Source of the DNA: Candidatus Levybacteria bacterium CG2_30_37_29
GTDB taxonomy: Bacteria; Patescibacteriota; Microgenomatia; Levybacterales; GWA1-39-11
DNA: 64,000 nucleotides
NCBI GenBank assembly: GCA_001873215.1
Contig: MNYS01000006.1
Span: 56,839-120,838 of the forward strand
Reading direction: 5' to 3'
Shown: in pieces, positions 47,668 to 57,480 of the stretch
Position numbering within the stretch: position 1 is the stretch's first letter
Layout of the letters: each line of letters opens with the position of its first letter
Translations under genes and position numbers: made by a program
The notes under the pieces: generated by a model
The model's database searches: none
What the model saw: only the letters and a program-made list of their open reading frames with translations
What the model was told of the DNA's origin: nothing

Positions 47668-48768
47668 ATGGAGTCTTTGTTCTATTTATCTTTTTCTCTT
47701 GCTGATGGGATTGGGCCGAAAACGTTTGAGCTTCTTTTAAAAAAGTTTGGGACAGCCGAGAAAGCGTGGGAAAGTTCGGTTAATGAGTTGAAAGATGCGG
47801 GTCTTGGTCCAAAAACAATTGATGCACTGAATCTGTTTAGAAACACTTATAATCCCAAAGAATATATTCAAAAACTTGAAAAAAATAAAATTTGGTATAT
47901 TTCGCAAAACGATAAAGAATATCCGGAAAGTCTAAAAAAATTACCAAATCCTCCGATTGTTGTTTTTGGTCGCGGCGATAAATCATGTTTAAGTTCTCCT
48001 AAAACGATAGGAGTTGTCGGCGCAAGAAAAGTTACATCTTACGGGCGTGAAGTGACAGAAGGTTTGGTTGCGGATTTGGTTTCATATGGTTTTACAATAA
48101 TTTCCGGAATGGCATTAGGAGTTGATGCAATCGCACACATTGCGTGTTTGGAAAATAACGGTGCGACAATTGCTGTTTTAGGAAATGGTGTTGATCTGCC
48201 TTTTCCGCGCGAGAATCAAAGCTTGTACCAGAATATAATCGAACAGGGTAGCGCGATAATTTCAGAATACCCGCCCGGAACAAATCCGTCAAAAGGAAGT
48301 TTTCCGGCCCGCAATAGAATTATTGCAGCATTATCTGATGGAATTTTAATTACTGAAGCGGCGGAAGATTCGGGATCTCTAATTACTGCGGATTGGAGTC
48401 TGAAGCTTAATAAAAAAGTATTTGCCGTGCCGGGACCTATCACATCAAGGATGTCTGATGGAACTTCAAGGTTGTTGAAGCAAGGAGCAGTACTCGTTCA
48501 AAACACACAGGATATTTTGAACGAATTTTCCCTTCAGTTTCCCTCAGGGCAGGCAAGTTCAAACAAATCAAAAAAAATAAATTACAAAAAAATGGGTTTG
48601 GCAAAAGACGAAATTAAAATTTTAAAACTTTTGGAAAATGAAGAAATGACTGTTGATGAACTCTCAAAAAGGGTAAATTACTCTGTTCCGGTAATTATGC
48701 AGATATTAGGAGTAATGGAAATCAAAGGAATTATAGGAAATATAAATGGTAGATATAGAGTTATTTAA
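47668..48768 (+). CDS. dprA: DNA processing protein DprA
   Basis: VVGAR, SGMALGVDAIAH, FPARNRII, SGSLITA, C-terminal winged helix. Confidence 0.97.
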   Translation: MESLFYLSFSLADGIGPKTFELLLKKFGTAEKAWESSVNELKDAGLGPKTIDALNLFRNTYNPKEYIQKLEKNKIWYISQNDKEYPESLKKLPNPPIVVFGRGDKSCLSSPKTIGVVGARKVTSYGREVTEGLVADLVSYGFTIISGMALGVDAIAHIACLENNGATIAVLGNGVDLPFPRENQSLYQNIIEQGSAIISEYPPGTNPSKGSFPARNRIIAALSDGILITEAAEDSGSLITADWSLKLNKKVFAVPGPITSRMSDGTSRLLKQGAVLVQNTQDILNEFSLQFPSGQASSNKSKKINYKKMGLAKDEIKILKLLENEEMTVDELSKRVNYSVPVIMQILGVMEIKGIIGNINGRYRVI

Positions 48769-48795
48769 TCGGTTTGAAAAGGTGCAACAAAGAAA

Positions 48796-50361
48796 TTATC
48801 TGTCAAACGCTGAGTAGGAGAGGTTGAAGCTTTTATTGATTAACGGAAAATCGGGTACGATATTGCCAACAACTGCATATGGTACTGCCGACCAGTTGAG
48901 AAATGATGCATCTCTGACCCCAACACGGCTTATCTCTCCCTTACTATCAGTTGCTACAAAATAGAGGATATCGCCTCTCCATCCTTCGGTAATTCCTATT
49001 GCATATGCATTTTTTTCAAGTTTTTTAGCTGTTTTATTTAAGATATTTCCTTTAGGCATTTTTTTCAAAGCTTGAAAAATGATATCAATTGAACTATAAA
49101 TTTCACTAATTCTTACTTGAAAGCGGGCATGTACATCACCGGTTGACTGACTTGCAATTTTCATATTTATTTCCGAATATGCGGCATATGGGTATTCACT
49201 ACGTGCATCACGTGGAAGTCCTACGGCGCGAGCAGCAATGCCAACAACTCCGTGATCGGTAGCTATTTGTTTGTCTATTTTTCCTGTTCCCTTTAATCTG
49301 TTAAGTACCGATTCGCTGTCTTCAATAACTGCTATTACTTCTTCAAAATCCTTTTTCATTTTTTGTAGTTCATATTCTAATGTTGTTTGCATTTCTTTTG
49401 AAATATCTTTAGTGATTCCACCTATTGTGTTTACACCTCTTAAAAATCTACTTCCCGTCAAAAGTTCACACAATTGCATAATTTTTTCTCTGAGTCTTGG
49501 TCCATTTCCACCAAAGCTAAACCCGGTGTCGCTAATAATAAAACCAACATCATTAAAGTGATTCGCAAGTCTCTCAAGTTCGGAATAAATAACTCTTATG
49601 TATTTTGCGCGAGAAGAAATTATTGTGTTGCTCAACGTCTCAACTGCTTGGCAATAAGAAAGGGAATGTGTAAAAGATGTATCTCCGGAAATTCTTTCTG
49701 AAAGTCGAATTTTATCATCGAAAGGGAGCTCTTCAAATAATTTTTCACTTCCTTTGTGTGTGTATCCAAATTTCGGTTCAAGTGACACAATTTCTTCGCC
49801 TGCAACGCTAAATCTAAAATGACCCGGCTCGATAATTCCTGCGTGAACAGGGCCAACCGGAATTTCGTAAATTCCCTCACCGTCAACTTTTTGAAATTCA
49901 TAAGGTGTTGCGGCTGTTGCCGGCCTTTTTTGGAAATGAAAGTCCTTTCGTAATGGATAAATATCTGCGGGCCAATTATTATGAACTAGAAATGGTCGAA
50001 TTTGGGGGTGACCTACCGGAGTCAGACCAAAGAATGATTTTATCTCCAACTCATATAGCGATGCTTGATAGATAAATGGAGCAAGAGATGGAAATTCATT
50101 TGCGTCTCTTATTAAAAGGTAAGGCACTATAAAAAATTCAGATCCGGGGATTCCAAAGATATAAAATATTTTATATCCTCCATTTTCGGCTCTTTCATCT
50201 GTCGCTTTAATTGCCTTAAGTAACAATTGATGTTTGTCACGAAGATTAAGACATGTATCAATGATGGAATCTGTTGCAACGTGAAATAAAATAAGGTTAT
50301 TATTTTTTTCAATTATAGTATCCTTGTCTAAGTACTTATTAACAATTTCTGTATATGTCAT
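48796..50361 (-). CDS. hyfG: Ehr/hydrogenase-4-like large subunit (NuoC-D fusion) lacking NiFe ligands
   Basis: PVGPVHAGIIEPGHFRF, EGWRG, DFPLINKSFNLSYS; ERISGD replaces ERICGIC. Confidence 0.88.
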   Translation of the reverse strand: MTYTEIVNKYLDKDTIIEKNNNLILFHVATDSIIDTCLNLRDKHQLLLKAIKATDERAENGGYKIFYIFGIPGSEFFIVPYLLIRDANEFPSLAPFIYQASLYELEIKSFFGLTPVGHPQIRPFLVHNNWPADIYPLRKDFHFQKRPATAATPYEFQKVDGEGIYEIPVGPVHAGIIEPGHFRFSVAGEEIVSLEPKFGYTHKGSEKLFEELPFDDKIRLSERISGDTSFTHSLSYCQAVETLSNTIISSRAKYIRVIYSELERLANHFNDVGFIISDTGFSFGGNGPRLREKIMQLCELLTGSRFLRGVNTIGGITKDISKEMQTTLEYELQKMKKDFEEVIAVIEDSESVLNRLKGTGKIDKQIATDHGVVGIAARAVGLPRDARSEYPYAAYSEINMKIASQSTGDVHARFQVRISEIYSSIDIIFQALKKMPKGNILNKTAKKLEKNAYAIGITEGWRGDILYFVATDSKGEISRVGVRDASFLNWSAVPYAVVGNIVPDFPLINKSFNLSYSAFDR

Positions 50362-50382
50362 AAATTTAAAAATATTTTATTA

Positions 50383-51831
50383 TTAATTGCCGAGAAACAT
50401 TGTGTAACTTTCGTTTAGTAACTTTTGTAGGGGGGTGGGTAAATATACGCTAAAAACAAACAGGATTATTGCAAGGCCTATTATAGGTACGATTGTCCAA
50501 TTATTATTTTCTCCTTTTTGGATTTTTTTGGGTGGTTCACCAAATAACATTTCGATTATATGCTTGAAAAAGCCTAAAAATACAAGGACTAGAGAGAACA
50601 ATGCAATAAGCGCAATAAGTGGCGAATGATGAAACCCTGCAAATAATATATAAAATTCCGTGAAGAAAATACCAAATGGTGGAATACCTACCATTGTCAG
50701 AAAACCAATGATATATAAAACGCTACTGTATGGCAATACTTTTACCATGCCTGTTACGTCAGTAATTCTTGAAGAACTATATTTTACCGCAATATTGCTG
50801 GACACGAAGAAAAGCAATGATTTTGCAAATGAATGATATACCATATGTAGGATTGCACCAAAAATTCCAATTCCTCCAAATCCAAAACCAAGCATCATAA
50901 TGCCCGCGTGTTCAGTGCTATGATATGCAAGCATTCGTTTATAATTTTTTTGTGTATAAATAATAAAAGCCGCAATGACAATTGAGAGAATCCCAAAAAA
51001 GACAAAGAGATTTTGTGAAAAAGAACTACCAGCTACAATGTCAACAATGAGTTTAAAACGTAAAATTGCAAGAAAAGCAACATTAAGAAGTGCTCCGGAT
51101 AACAAGGCGGCAATTGGTGATGGTGCCTTATTGTATGCATCAGGTCTCCAAGTATGCATAGGAACGAGTCCCATTTTCGTTCCGTATCCGATAAGTACAA
51201 ATACAAAAGCAAACTTGCTGATTAAGGGATTCATATGAGTAGCTGAAGCTATAAGATTATTCCAATTGAAAAAACCATTAAAAGTTGATCCTTGTGACAA
51301 AAATAAAGTAGTTCCCAAAAGTCCCAGAAGTAGTCCAATAGAATTGATAATCAGGTATTTCCAAGCAGCTTCGATGTCTGCCTTTCTATTAAAAAAGCTT
51401 ATGAGAAAAACCGTTGAGAGTGTTGTTGCTTCAATGGATATCCACATAATTATTGGATTTGTTATCGTGATTGCAACATACATGCAAAGTAAAAATAAAT
51501 TCATAAGAATATAATATTCTTTTATTCGCCTAAATCCGATCATTCCTTTTGCTTGTTCACATCTTAAATATCCTACAGAATGAAGTGTTGCAACAAATCC
51601 TACAGTAACTGTTATCCCTAGAATAAGCGCTTCAAATGCGCGTACCGAAAAAGTATCGCTTATTAAATATGCGTTTTGGCTTAAAACAGTGTAGATTATT
51701 GATAGAATAGCAATTATTTGTGTTCCTACCGAAGCTATAGCTATTTTTTCAAGCATGCTTCTTTGTTTATTTACAACGATAGACGCGAGTATTGCGATAA
51801 TTGGTGAAATGAATAGTAAAAGTAATAACAT
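50383..51831 (-). CDS. hyfF: proton-conducting membrane subunit HyfF-like
   Basis: IEATTL, EAAWKY, GYGTKMGLVPMHTWRPDAY. Confidence 0.9.
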   Translation of the reverse strand: MLLLLLFISPIIAILASIVVNKQRSMLEKIAIASVGTQIIAILSIIYTVLSQNAYLISDTFSVRAFEALILGITVTVGFVATLHSVGYLRCEQAKGMIGFRRIKEYYILMNLFLLCMYVAITITNPIIMWISIEATTLSTVFLISFFNRKADIEAAWKYLIINSIGLLLGLLGTTLFLSQGSTFNGFFNWNNLIASATHMNPLISKFAFVFVLIGYGTKMGLVPMHTWRPDAYNKAPSPIAALLSGALLNVAFLAILRFKLIVDIVAGSSFSQNLFVFFGILSIVIAAFIIYTQKNYKRMLAYHSTEHAGIMMLGFGFGGIGIFGAILHMVYHSFAKSLLFFVSSNIAVKYSSSRITDVTGMVKVLPYSSVLYIIGFLTMVGIPPFGIFFTEFYILFAGFHHSPLIALIALFSLVLVFLGFFKHIIEMLFGEPPKKIQKGENNNWTIVPIIGLAIILFVFSVYLPTPLQKLLNESYTMFLGN

Positions 51832-51832
51832 A

Positions 51833-52474
51833 TTATTTTTTAAGTTCCCTTAATTGTGTTACGTCAATTGATCCGAAGTGTTTGATTATAGTTCTGACAA
51901 AAATACTTGAAATAATTATCCAGAAAAATACATCAAAAAGCATGCTTATCTCTAAGGCAGCAGATTGTTGTAAACCCAAAAAATATCCAAAAGTAAAAAT
52001 ACAATTCTCCAAAGACAATATGCCGATTATTTGAGAAATAGCTCCTTTTCTATTGATAGTAAAAAATATAGACATTAGCATACCCCCAATTAGTAGAACT
52101 CTAAGTAGTGGAGTTAACGCTGTAAATGGTGAGAAAACATCCGATTGCGCAAAAATACTTAATATAACCAAACATCCGAGTGTCATCGGTACATTCAAAT
52201 ATGTAGTGGCCGATATGTTGGCTTTGTGTTGCTTAATAATACGCAGAAGCAACTGTGGTGCAATTATTACTTTTATGATCAATAAAATTATTGTTACGAT
52301 TCCTATCTCAAATGACATCTCATGGTAGGATTTAATACCCATTATGGCAACAAGCATGAGGGATTGAATAAGATAAGCAAAAATAAGAATGGTATTTTTT
52401 TTTGCAATATTCATCACTACAATACATAGAAAAATAACAAGAGCAAATAGCTGTAGTTGAAAAATTATATTCAT
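51833..52474 (-). CDS. hyfE: HyfE-like membrane subunit
   Basis: Hydrophobic; SQIIGILSLEN, GSIDVTQLRELK. Confidence 0.85.
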   Translation of the reverse strand: MNIIFQLQLFALVIFLCIVVMNIAKKNTILIFAYLIQSLMLVAIMGIKSYHEMSFEIGIVTIILLIIKVIIAPQLLLRIIKQHKANISATTYLNVPMTLGCLVILSIFAQSDVFSPFTALTPLLRVLLIGGMLMSIFFTINRKGAISQIIGILSLENCIFTFGYFLGLQQSAALEISMLFDVFFWIIISSIFVRTIIKHFGSIDVTQLRELKK

Positions 52475-52475
52475 A

Positions 52476-53420
52476 TTAAATAGTGACTGTAATGAGTGAT
52501 ATTACGCAAAAAATAAATCCGGTTAGCAATAGGTCGGGAAGTCGGAACAATCTAAGTTTTGCCATGCTTGATTCAAGAATAGCAACCCCGACAATTAGTG
52601 TTGTTGCTTTTACGATGACTAGTATGAATGGAAAAAGTAATGAAGAGAGATTGGCAGTTGTTGAAAGTCCCCAGGGAAAAAATAAATTGACTCCAAGTAT
52701 TATAAAAAAAATAAATTTATTTGCATTAGCCCATTCTATAAGTGCCAGTCTTTTACCTGAATATTCCAAGATCATTGCTTCATGAATCATCGTCAGCTCC
52801 AGATGGGTTGATGGATTGTCAAACGGAATGCGTCCGGTTTCTGCCATAAGTGCGATAAAAAAGCCCATAAAGGCGATGACAAATGGCAAATAGTTAAAGA
52901 ACGGTAGACCTGAAGCAGTTGTTGCCATAAGTATTACGTTTGTAGTGTGTGTGACCAGGGCAATTGGCAGGAAAGAGAAAAGCAAAGTCCCTTCGGTAAG
53001 AGCTGCAATTGTCATTTCGCGGCTTGATCCAAAACCTCCGAATGCGCTACCTACATCAAGACCGCTTAACGCAATAAAAAAAGTCATTGTTGCCAATAAA
53101 TAAATAGTAATAATAAAGTCTCCGAAAAATGAAAGAGATTCGATGCTTCCCAAAAGCGGAATTCCGAGCGGAAGAAGAATACTCAATCCAAACAGCAAGA
53201 AGGGTGTCAGGTAGAATATCCACGATGCGTCTCTGGCTATTACTTCATCTTTGTGAAAAAGTTTCCATAAATCATAATAGGGTTGGAAAATTCCTGCTCC
53301 GCGTCGATTTTGCATATAAGCCTTTACTTTTCTGACAATTCCAACACACAGAGGGGAGAGTGTGGGAAGCAAAATAAGTTTTAGAATAATAATAAAAATG
53401 CTCATATTAATATCTGGCAA
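52476..53420 (-). CDS. hyfC: HyfC/NuoH-like membrane subunit
   Basis: RRGAGIFQPYYDLWKL, ETGRIPFDNPSTHLELTMIHEAMILEYSG. Confidence 0.92.
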   Translation of the reverse strand: MPDINMSIFIIILKLILLPTLSPLCVGIVRKVKAYMQNRRGAGIFQPYYDLWKLFHKDEVIARDASWIFYLTPFLLFGLSILLPLGIPLLGSIESLSFFGDFIITIYLLATMTFFIALSGLDVGSAFGGFGSSREMTIAALTEGTLLFSFLPIALVTHTTNVILMATTASGLPFFNYLPFVIAFMGFFIALMAETGRIPFDNPSTHLELTMIHEAMILEYSGKRLALIEWANANKFIFFIILGVNLFFPWGLSTTANLSSLLFPFILVIVKATTLIVGVAILESSMAKLRLFRLPDLLLTGFIFCVISLITVTI

Positions 53421-55434
53421 AAATTAACAGACCAAGCAGTAAAATAAATATATATAACAAATATTGATTAACATTTCCGCTTTGTATTTTCCTTATTTGT
53501 TTTGAAATAATACTCAAGCCATTGTGTAGAGGGTAGTATAAATATGCCTCATAAATATTGACAATTCCCAAAGTTACTGTTTTTGATTTTGAGAAATAGC
53601 GTATATCTGCATCGACATATTCTATTTCATGTTGTTTTGATGGTTGGAAAATTCCTCTAAAAATAAGTATTAGTGTTCTTGAAAACCCCGTTGCAGTTAT
53701 TTCCATTTTGGGGCTTAGTGCATTAAATCCACAATCCCAAACTGTGCGTAGAACCACCTTTTGTTTTCTACTGACAATATATACAAGTCCAAAAGAAAGG
53801 GCTATGAAAACTGCCATAACCAAGAAAATAACTGGCATATTTAGATGTGCAACGTTCTGATTTACTTGAAGAGAAATGCCTGTTGATGAAAGTGATGAAG
53901 TTTTACTTGAAAATAGTGACAGGTTTTTAACAATTAGTTGTATATTTGTTATAACAAAAAAAGAAAATACTCCAAGGGTCAGACATAAAACAGCCAGTGT
54001 TCCCATGCTTATTAATAGTAAAGGTGATACCTCTGTTGCTTTTTCACTTTCTATGCTTCGACTTCTTGCAAGAAATGTAATACCAAATGCTTTTACAAAA
54101 CATGCTGCAGCAAGCCCTCCGGTAAATGTGAGACAAGCCGCTCCAAAAATGAAAATACTTTTTATTAATATAGAAGAGGTTGCAATACCACTGAAGAGGC
54201 TTTGGAACGTGAGCCATTCGCTGACAAATCCATTAAATGGGGGTAGACCTGAAATTGCAACAGCGCCTACTAAAAAGAATATAGCAGTATATGGCATCAG
54301 CTTTATGAGTCCTCCATATTCTTCAATATTACGGGTATGAGTTTGAGAGATTACAGAACCTGCGCCCAAAAAAAGCAACGATTTAAATACGGCATGATTT
54401 AGTGTGTGAAATAGCCCGGCGGTAATTGCAAGCATTGCAAGAGAGGGCTGTTTTAATGCAATAAAGATCAGTCCGCTTCCAAGTCCCAAAAGTATAATTC
54501 CAATGTTTTCTATGCTGTGGTATGCAAGAAGTCTTTTAATGTCATGTTCCGATAGGGCGTACAAAACTCCAAGAATTGAAGAAACAGCTCCGATAATAAG
54601 AACAACATACCCGAGCCACAGTGGAGTTTGAGGAAGAATATCCAAAAACATTTTAAAAAGCATAAATATTCCTATTTTTATCATAACTCCGGACATAAGG
54701 GATGAAACATGAGATGGAGCTGCACTATGTGCCCATGGAAGCCAAATGTGAAAAGGAACAATTCCTGCTTTGGTTCCAAATCCAATAATCATACAAAGAA
54801 AAATTATAGTTTGAATAACGAATGGAATTGATGCGAAATGTTGCTTTATTGTTTCAAAATCGAAAGATCCGGTAAATTGAAAAAGAAGCAAGAAACTTAA
54901 AAGAATAAATGCGGTTGCCGCGTGAGTCATTATAAAGTAGATAAATCCTGATTTTATGATTTGAAGTTTTTTATTCTCAAATATAACCAAAAATAGTGAG
55001 CTTAGAGACATTATTTCCCAAACAAAAAGAAAATACAAAGCATTATGTGCGGTTATCACCAGAAGAAGACTTATGAGAAATATATTGTAGAAAAATCCAA
55101 AAACCCCTAAATTATATTCTTTTGCATATTGTTTCATATATCCAATCCCGTACAGTGATGCGGGTAGGGCTATAAGCGATACGATTAAAATAAAAAAAGC
55201 GGCAAGAGGATCTATGTGCAAGGAGATATTGAACATTGGGAATGAAGTGGGTAAAGTGGTTGTAAGGGTTGATTGTGTAATTAATGCTCCTATTGAGAAA
55301 ATTAGCGCAAGTAATGAGCCAAACATAGAAAACACACTACTGACATAAGAAAGTTTGGTATCTCTCTGGACAATAAGAGAAATTATTGAGCCTCCCGTAA
55401 GCACCAAAAGCGATGTAAAAAATAAATTCTGCAT
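53407..55434 (-). CDS. hyfB: proton-conducting membrane subunit HyfB-like
   Basis: WEIMSL, KAGIVPFHIWLP.AH, KRLLAYHSIENIG, NHAVFKSLLF. Confidence 0.92.
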   Translation of the reverse strand: MQNLFFTSLLVLTGGSIISLIVQRDTKLSYVSSVFSMFGSLLALIFSIGALITQSTLTTTLPTSFPMFNISLHIDPLAAFFILIVSLIALPASLYGIGYMKQYAKEYNLGVFGFFYNIFLISLLLVITAHNALYFLFVWEIMSLSSLFLVIFENKKLQIIKSGFIYFIMTHAATAFILLSFLLLFQFTGSFDFETIKQHFASIPFVIQTIIFLCMIIGFGTKAGIVPFHIWLPWAHSAAPSHVSSLMSGVMIKIGIFMLFKMFLDILPQTPLWLGYVVLIIGAVSSILGVLYALSEHDIKRLLAYHSIENIGIILLGLGSGLIFIALKQPSLAMLAITAGLFHTLNHAVFKSLLFLGAGSVISQTHTRNIEEYGGLIKLMPYTAIFFLVGAVAISGLPPFNGFVSEWLTFQSLFSGIATSSILIKSIFIFGAACLTFTGGLAAACFVKAFGITFLARSRSIESEKATEVSPLLLISMGTLAVLCLTLGVFSFFVITNIQLIVKNLSLFSSKTSSLSSTGISLQVNQNVAHLNMPVIFLVMAVFIALSFGLVYIVSRKQKVVLRTVWDCGFNALSPKMEITATGFSRTLILIFRGIFQPSKQHEIEYVDADIRYFSKSKTVTLGIVNIYEAYLYYPLHNGLSIISKQIRKIQSGNVNQYLLYIFILLLGLLIFARY

Positions 55435-55440
55435 AATAAA

Positions 55441-55980
55441 TTATTGCTTTTTCTGATCTGATTTATCATCAATAATGTTAAGTATATATAATAATGAAGA
55501 AAGAATGGTCATGGCTGAAGGGGGGTCCCCAGGGATTTGAAAATTGACTGGAATGACATTATGAACGCCATCAAGTACAGCATAAGATCCTTTAAATATT
55601 CCTCCATCAATTGCATCATCGCCAACAGCAACAACTATTTTAGGGTCAGGAGTTGCCTCATAAGTTTTTTTCAAAGCCTCTGCCATATTTCGTGATACGG
55701 GTCCTGTTACCATTAACATGTCAGCGTGTCTCGGGGATGCGACAAAGTGAATTCCAAATCTTTCAATATCATAATATGTGTTTGTTAAAGCCATAAGTTC
55801 CTGTTCGCATGCATTTGTTGAGCCTGTATCTACTTCTCGGATTGCAAGGGATCCGCCAAACAGCTTTTTTATTTTTTTCTCGATGCCTTTTTGAACAATA
55901 GTAACGTCATTTTGCTGATTTATTATTTTTCTTGGAACGAGTGTTAAAGGAACTGATAATATTTTTGAATAAAGTGACAT
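55441..55980 (-). CDS. hyfI: NuoB/HyfI-like small subunit with degenerate Fe-S ligands
   Basis: FVASPRHADML.VTGPV, TPDPKIVVAVG; only one Cys in the protein. Confidence 0.88.
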   Translation of the reverse strand: MSLYSKILSVPLTLVPRKIINQQNDVTIVQKGIEKKIKKLFGGSLAIREVDTGSTNACEQELMALTNTYYDIERFGIHFVASPRHADMLMVTGPVSRNMAEALKKTYEATPDPKIVVAVGDDAIDGGIFKGSYAVLDGVHNVIPVNFQIPGDPPSAMTILSSLLYILNIIDDKSDQKKQ

Positions 55981-55996
55981 AATATTTGTTTACATG

Positions 55997-56108
55997 AAAA
56001 AAAATTCCTCTGCTTCGTAGCTGTAAAAGGAATTCTTAAATATCTGACTATGGCAGTATATTATATTTCAATGAGCTTAAATTATCAAGGAAAATTATCC
56101 TTGATAAT
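55997..56108 (-). promoter_or_regulatory. promoter, operator palindrome and leader terminator of the Ehr-like operon
   Basis: TTGATA(56083-88)-17-TATAAT(56060-65); ATTATCAAGG-N8-CCTTGATAAT (56081-56108); AATTCCT/AGGAATT stem plus U-tract before the first ATG. Confidence 0.6.
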
Positions 56109-56152
56109 TCTGGCTTGAATTTTCAGCTTACTTCTGCTAGAATACAAATTAG

Positions 56153-56277
56153 ATCCAGAGACAATAAGTTCTGCCAGCTGGCGGATTAAACAAGAAAGCT
56201 TATCGAGGAAACGTTCAGTTTAAAATTAAAAGTTTAAAGTGAAAAGTTGAAGCGTCTTTGGGAAGGCGCTTTTTTAT
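56153..56277 (+). promoter_or_regulatory. ribosomal protein L10 leader with attenuator hairpin
   Basis: CCAGAGACAATAAG...TTAA...CTTATCGAGG core upstream of rplJ, hairpin AGCGTCTT/AAGGCGCT plus T run; promoter TTGAAT-17-TAGAAT at 56115-56143. Confidence 0.75.
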
Positions 56278-56325
56278 TGGTTTTAAACTAATAACTAACG
56301 ACTAATAACTTTTAGCTAATAGATT

Positions 56326-56853
56326 ATGGCATCACAAAAAAATATAACAAGTTTGGAAGAAATAAAGCAAAGGCTTGAGAAGGCTCAGGCGGTCTTTTTG
56401 GTTGACTATACCGGACTTACCCATATGCAGCTGGAAGATTTTAGACACGAGCTCGCAACCGTTAAAGCGGAGGTTGTAATTCTTAAAAATACATTGGTAA
56501 ACATTGCATTTAAAGATAAAAAAATTGACGTTACAGAAAAATTGAAAGGGCCACATGCAGTCATTTTTGCAAACGAAGATCCGATTGGAGCGGCAAGAGT
56601 AATCGTTGCATTTAATAAGAAAAATTCACTTCCGATTATTAAGTTTGGAATTTTTGAAAATAATATTATCGAAGAAGGAATGGTAACAACACTTTCATCA
56701 ATTCCTCCAAAAGAGGTATTATTATCAAAGCTTCTGGGACTTTTAAATTCTCCAATCACAAGTCTTGTTTATGACTTAAATTTCAATATACAGAAACTTG
56801 CAATTTTACTTAAAGAAGTTGAGAAGAAGAAAGTAGATACGGATGTATCCTAA
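56326..56853 (+). CDS. rplJ: 50S ribosomal protein L10
   Basis: VDYTGLT, KNTL, LKGP, IPPKEVLLSKLLGLL. Confidence 0.96.
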   Translation: MASQKNITSLEEIKQRLEKAQAVFLVDYTGLTHMQLEDFRHELATVKAEVVILKNTLVNIAFKDKKIDVTEKLKGPHAVIFANEDPIGAARVIVAFNKKNSLPIIKFGIFENNIIEEGMVTTLSSIPPKEVLLSKLLGLLNSPITSLVYDLNFNIQKLAILLKEVEKKKVDTDVS

Positions 56854-56939
56854 TTTTTATTCCGAATCAATCCGAATATATATGGATAAATTTGGATTAA
56901 AAATTCGTATAAATTAGTATTGAGAGGTGGTGACTACAT

Positions 56940-57332
56940 ATGGCAAAAACAAATACAGAAGAATTATTAAAACAAATTGAAGAAATGTCCGTTTTGGAAC
57001 TTTCGGAGCTCGTAAAGGCTTTGGAGGAAAAGTTTGGCGTTACAGCCGCGGCTCCAGTCGCAGTTGCAGCAGCTGCAGGAGCAGCTCCGGCAGCAGACGG
57101 AGAGCCAGCTGAAGAACAAACAGTCTTCAATGTGGTCATCGCATCTTCAGGTGCAAATAAATTAAGCGTAATTAAGACATTGCGAGAACTCGCCCCAACA
57201 TTGGGACTTAAAGAAGCAAAAGACTTAGTTGATGCAGCACCAAAAGAAGTGTTGACAGCAGTTAATAAAAAAGTTGCCGAGGAAGCAAAAGAAAAGCTTA
57301 CTGCGGCCGGAGCAACAGTTGAGTTGAAGTAA
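56940..57332 (+). CDS. rplL: 50S ribosomal protein L7/L12
   Basis: [31 protein letters not shown]. Confidence 0.98.
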   Translation: MAKTNTEELLKQIEEMSVLELSELVKALEEKFGVTAAAPVAVAAAAGAAPAADGEPAEEQTVFNVVIASSGANKLSVIKTLRELAPTLGLKEAKDLVDAAPKEVLTAVNKKVAEEAKEKLTAAGATVELK

Positions 57333-57411
57333 TCTTTTTTATTACTGAAAAAAAGCTCTCTTTTTTTGAGAGCTTTTTTTGTGGCAACTTTTTTTCTTCC
57401 GCTTCGCTTCA

Positions 57412-57480
57412 GATAAAAAAACAGCAGAAGAAGCTAAGGAAAAATTGACAGCCGCAGGTGCTACTGTTGAATTAAAATAA
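57412..57480 (+). pseudogene. displaced, synonymously recoded copy of the rplL 3' end
   Basis: Encodes [22 protein letters not shown]-stop; no start codon. Confidence 0.9.

Noticed and set aside
48796-50361. Functional [NiFe] hydrogenase / formate hydrogenlyase
   Set aside because: Both CxxC metal-binding motifs are absent and no maturation or fdh genes are present
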